Source: Thermodesulfobacteriota bacterium (GTDB taxonomy: Bacteria > Desulfobacterota_D > UBA1144 > Nemesobacterales > N074bin48). Taken from it: DNA of 64,000 nt. The notes under the pieces are model-generated. The model was not told the origin of the DNA, did no database searches, and saw only the letters and a program-made list of their open reading frames with translations. The DNA lies in contig JBFFSH010000001.1 of the NCBI GenBank assembly GCA_041572575.1, positions 1 to 64,000 on the forward strand, in the 5' to 3' direction. Numbering within the stretch: the stretch's first letter is position 1; the number at the start of each line of letters is the position of its first letter. The translations under genes and the position numbers were made by a program. Shown here one piece after another: positions 60,550-64,000 of the stretch.

Positions 60550-61536
60550 TCATATATTTACCAGGTGGGAAACAAACTGATCTGAAATAGATTTCCAGCT
60601 CTTTGATTTTGCAAACTTCTGTGCATTGTTCGAAAGGTTAGTATAATCAGCAAAAACTTTTTCTATACTCTTGGTCAAATTATCCCCCAAGTATCCTGTT
60701 ACCCCGTTTTCAACTACATCACAGGGGCTTGGAACATCATATGCCACAACGGGAAGCCCGCAGGCCATAGCTTCGAGCATCACCAGACCATATGTATCAA
60801 ACTTACTCGGGAACACAAATACACCTGCTTTATTATACCAATTTACAAGCTCTTTATGATCTATGAAACTAGTATACTCAACATCAGGATAATGCTTCTT
60901 AAGTGTGCTTAAGTATGGCCCATCTCCTACCAATATTTTTTTATATCCTTCAATCGAACAAAAATCATCCAGGTTTTTATCCTTGCTCACTCTTCCTACA
61001 AAAATTAATGTATTTCCTCTTACATTGGCAGATCTGCTGTAATTATTAAACAGTGAAGCATCAACTCCTCTTGCCCAAACCACCGAATTTTTGAAGTTTA
61101 ACTGTTTTTCTATACTCTTTGTGGTAACCAAAACCCTGCCACTAGCCGAATGAAACCATCTTATAAATAAATTTGTAATAAACCTGGGCACTTTATACAA
61201 AAGCCAGCCATAGTCTGCAAGCTGTGTGTGATAAGAAGTATTAAACTTTATCCCATACTTCTTACAGTAATACCTTGCTGAAAGACCCAGGCTTCCCTCT
61301 GTAGCAATATGAACTCTATCGGGCTTTTGCTCTCCAAAATAGTTCCTTACGACCTCAAAAGGGTTTTTTAGTATTGGAATATTATAATAAAGATTAAAAA
61401 GTGTCACAGAGCCTTCAACGCTGGGATGAAGTACAAAGACTTCATGATCAGTAATATTATTAACCACATTTTTAAGTGTATAGACAACACCATTTACCTG
61501 AGGTTCCCAGGCATCGGTTACAAGAATTATTTTCAT
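60550..61536 (-). CDS. Glycosyltransferase family 4
   Basis: TDAW.PQVNGV, HIATEG.LG, SYHT, RGVD, FPS..DTYGLV.LEAMACG.PV. Confidence 0.9.
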   Translation of the reverse strand: MKIILVTDAWEPQVNGVVYTLKNVVNNITDHEVFVLHPSVEGSVTLFNLYYNIPILKNPFEVVRNYFGEQKPDRVHIATEGSLGLSARYYCKKYGIKFNTSYHTQLADYGWLLYKVPRFITNLFIRWFHSASGRVLVTTKSIEKQLNFKNSVVWARGVDASLFNNYSRSANVRGNTLIFVGRVSKDKNLDDFCSIEGYKKILVGDGPYLSTLKKHYPDVEYTSFIDHKELVNWYNKAGVFVFPSKFDTYGLVMLEAMACGLPVVAYDVPSPCDVVENGVTGYLGDNLTKSIEKVFADYTNLSNNAQKFAKSKSWKSISDQFVSHLVNI

Positions 61537-61748
61537 AAAAGTTTCTTTGAGATTGGATATTATAAATAATTAAGCCCAATGTACATAGTCATTAATTCTC
61601 TACTTTAGGAGATAGAAATTTTGCTATGTTTCTGGATTTATTTTTAGTTAGTAAATGATCGTTATTCTTTATATGGAATGTGCATCAATTATATAAGTAA
61701 AACTAAAAATTAATATACATCAATTTTGTGTACAATAGTTTTAGCAAA

Positions 61749-62189
61749 TTAATGGATGAAAGGAATGAGTCTTTTGGTTCCCCTTTTGTAAATCTGATAA
61801 TCTGAGTTTCTATATATTATTAATTTTTCTTCATAAACGAGTTTTACATATAAATCAGCTAATAAAATCAGCCAAACAGCAAATCTTATAATAGAAAAAT
61901 CATCAATAACGAGCATTAAAGTTACAAGCAATAGGCATGAGTACATGGGATGCCTTACTAACTTATATGGTCCTTTGGCAACTATTCTTGCATCTTTTGG
62001 AAAATTTGGAGTAAGACGGAAATTTTTAAAATTTATTGTCCAGAGCGCCCACAAACCTAGTGCAATAGCAAGCACATATACTATTTGAAGTGGTAAGCTG
62101 TGAGGTATTAATCTTCCTGTAGCCAAAATAAATACAATACATACAAGCTGTATTGCAACAAGAACTATCGATTTAAAGTCTATATTCAT
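61749..62189 (-). CDS. Isoprenylcysteine carboxylmethyltransferase-family membrane protein
   Basis: GPYK.VRHPMY, EEK, Y..Y...TKRLIPF. Confidence 0.85.
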   Translation of the reverse strand: MNIDFKSIVLVAIQLVCIVFILATGRLIPHSLPLQIVYVLAIALGLWALWTINFKNFRLTPNFPKDARIVAKGPYKLVRHPMYSCLLLVTLMLVIDDFSIIRFAVWLILLADLYVKLVYEEKLIIYRNSDYQIYKRGTKRLIPFIH

Positions 62190-62226
62190 AAATAAATTAG
62201 ATAGGAATATGATTGTACAGGTATTA

Positions 62227-62619
62227 TCATAGACATAATTGCTTACCAGTCAAAAAATTATTGTCAGGTTCATTAAGTTTAATAATAAGTGAAATAGGTC
62301 TTTGAGTCCACCTGCCCCAGCTTGGTGTAAGCATAATAAACTTTTGATTGATATTTTTTCCTTCAAGTTTGAATATGGTTTTAAATCTGGATTTACTAAG
62401 TATAACAAATTCACCTGAATCAATCATATTATTTCTATCATCATTTTCAGGACGAGAATTGCCTAAGATCTCGGTTTCTATAGCTATTTGCCTGTTAATG
62501 TTAGTTAGTAAATCAAGGCCTGGTAAGTACCACTGTTTATTTTTATCATTTGATGAATAAAATATCAGAACCGGTCTATTGTTCACCCTAACTATCACAA
62601 AATCACCGGTTTCTCTCAT
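62227..62619 (-). CDS. Hypothetical protein
   Basis: 130-aa ORF overlapping coaX end by 17 nt; no motif recognised. Confidence 0.4.
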   Translation of the reverse strand: MRETGDFVIVRVNNRPVLIFYSSNDKNKQWYLPGLDLLTNINRQIAIETEILGNSRPENDDRNNMIDSGEFVILSKSRFKTIFKLEGKNINQKFIMLTPSWGRWTQRPISLIIKLNEPDNNFLTGKQLCL

Positions 62620-63367
62620 ATATTATCCAAAGCCCTTTCAATGCTAAATGTTCATCTATTTTTTCAATTGTCTCGCTTTCTTTAGCAATAAGCCCGGCAA
62701 GACCGCCTGTTCCAATCACAACTGTACCAGCGCCAAGCTCTTTTTTTATTCTTCCCACTATTCCATCTACAAGCCCGGCATAACCATAGACAAGACCGGA
62801 TTGAATGCTCTGGATAGTGGTTTTACCAATAACATTTTCAGGTTTTTTTATTTCTACCTTTGGCAGTTTGGATGCAGATCCAAATAGCGCTTCAGAGGAA
62901 ATCGTAATCCCGGGAGTTATCACTCCACCCAGATATTCACCTTTTTTAGAAACGCAGTCAAAAGTTGTAGCAGTACCAAAATCTACAATCACAAGACTTC
63001 TCTTATACTCCTCAAATGCACCGATTGCATTTACAATCCTATCAGCACCAACTTCTTGAGGATTTTTATACAATATTTGCATTCCCGTTTTTACTCCCGG
63101 GCCTACAACAACCGGTTCTATATCGAAATAATCGTGAATACACTCTACTAGGATATCCTGAAGTGCTGGGACAACACATGAGATTACAGAACCGCAAAGT
63201 CCTGATATATTAACCTTCTTATATTCAAAAAGATTTCTTAACAGAACTCCGTATTCATCCTGCGTCTTAGTCTTATCAGTCCCTATTCTCCAGGAATGAT
63301 GTATGCCCTTTGAATCGATCAATCCAAAGACTATATTCGTATTTCCTATGTCTACTGCTAATAACAT
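62603..63367 (-). CDS. coaX: Type III pantothenate kinase
   Basis: DIGNTN, GADRI.NA, VDFGTATTFD, GG.I.PG, TGG. Confidence 0.96.
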   Translation of the reverse strand: MLLAVDIGNTNIVFGLIDSKGIHHSWRIGTDKTKTQDEYGVLLRNLFEYKKVNISGLCGSVISCVVPALQDILVECIHDYFDIEPVVVGPGVKTGMQILYKNPQEVGADRIVNAIGAFEEYKRSLVIVDFGTATTFDCVSKKGEYLGGVITPGITISSEALFGSASKLPKVEIKKPENVIGKTTIQSIQSGLVYGYAGLVDGIVGRIKKELGAGTVVIGTGGLAGLIAKESETIEKIDEHLALKGLWIIYERNR

Positions 63368-63543
63368 GGCTACCTATCCTAAAATAAAATCATGGCAGAG
63401 TTGATATACATATAATGATTTATTAAAACAATCTTAATCATAGCAGTAAACTTTGTAAATCAAAAGGTATAGCATAAATAAATTGTGCAATATTTTACTG
63501 ATCCTTGACTTAAAACCAAGCAATCGTTAAGGTTTAGATTCAA

Positions 63544-64000
63544 ATGGATGAAAAATACCTATATATAGAAACTTATGGCTGTCAGATGAATGATTACGAT
63601 TCACAGAGAATCAAAAATGCTATAGGTATTCCTCAAACGGACGATCCCGGTAAGGCTGATATTGTTATCATTAATACTTGCGCTATAAGAGAAAAAGCAG
63701 ACCAAAAGGCGCTCAGCAGTCTTGGAAAATTTAAACATCTTAAAAGAGCAAACCCAAATTTAGTTGTAGGTATGACAGGGTGTGTAGCACAGCTTTATGG
63801 TGAAAAGCTTCTCAGTAAAGCTTCGCACTTAGATTTTGTTCTCGGTCCGCGCGCAATACCCAAGCTTGCAGAAATAATAAAAGACGTAGAAATTGAAAGA
63901 ACAAGAATAGTGGAGACTTCCTACGATGTTGAAGAGCCTTTTGAAATTCTTCCATATCACGAAAATGAAAAGGTCACTTCATTTTTATCCATCCAGCAGG
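63544..64000 (+). CDS. miaB: tRNA methylthiotransferase MiaB, N-terminal part (runs off window)
   Basis: Hand translation MDEKYLYIETYGCQMNDYDS...INTCAIREKA...GCVAQ; not in ORF track. Confidence 0.9.
   Translation, partial: MDEKYLYIETYGCQMNDYDSQRIKNAIGIPQTDDPGKADIVIINTCAIREKADQKALSSLGKFKHLKRANPNLVVGMTGCVAQLYGEKLLSKASHLDFVLGPRAIPKLAEIIKDVEIERTRIVETSYDVEEPFEILPYHENEKVTSFLSIQQ

Overview
AT-rich bacterial chromosomal segment, mostly housekeeping. Gene content (futalosine mqnC, pan RNA-like leader, TamAB, BamD, two DksA paralogs, sigma54 promoters) suggests a Gram-negative deltaproteobacteria-like (Desulfobacterota/Dadabacteria-type) organism; this is inference. Recognisable genes: hisC/hisD, HPr, mqnC, obgE, bamD, dksA x2, mtnA, a LeuT-like NSS transporter, panBCD, rlpA, alaC, tamAB, glnB-glnA, a stand-alone nuoJKL, nth, argC-like, eda, glgA-like, coaX and partial miaB. 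Elements I read by hand that are absent from the ORF track: the left end of an IS1595-family element (1-139), a 33-aa MetS-like small subunit behind the LeuT-like transporter, a pan-type leader with attenuator, three sigma54 promoters, TetR and GbsR operator pairs, and a candidate anti-SD sRNA. Most intriguing: two separate loci with near-identical sigma54 promoters that look like pieces of an unusual dispersed Pil-Chp-like signalling system (MshEN-linker-PilG-like receiver + unknown + CheW; PATAN-like protein + heme-c/HAMP sensor with no output domain), a HisC carrying tandem ClpX-type zinc fingers, and an operon of divergent ArgC + acyl-AMP ligase + carrier protein. All calls come from motif recognition only; no database searches were run.
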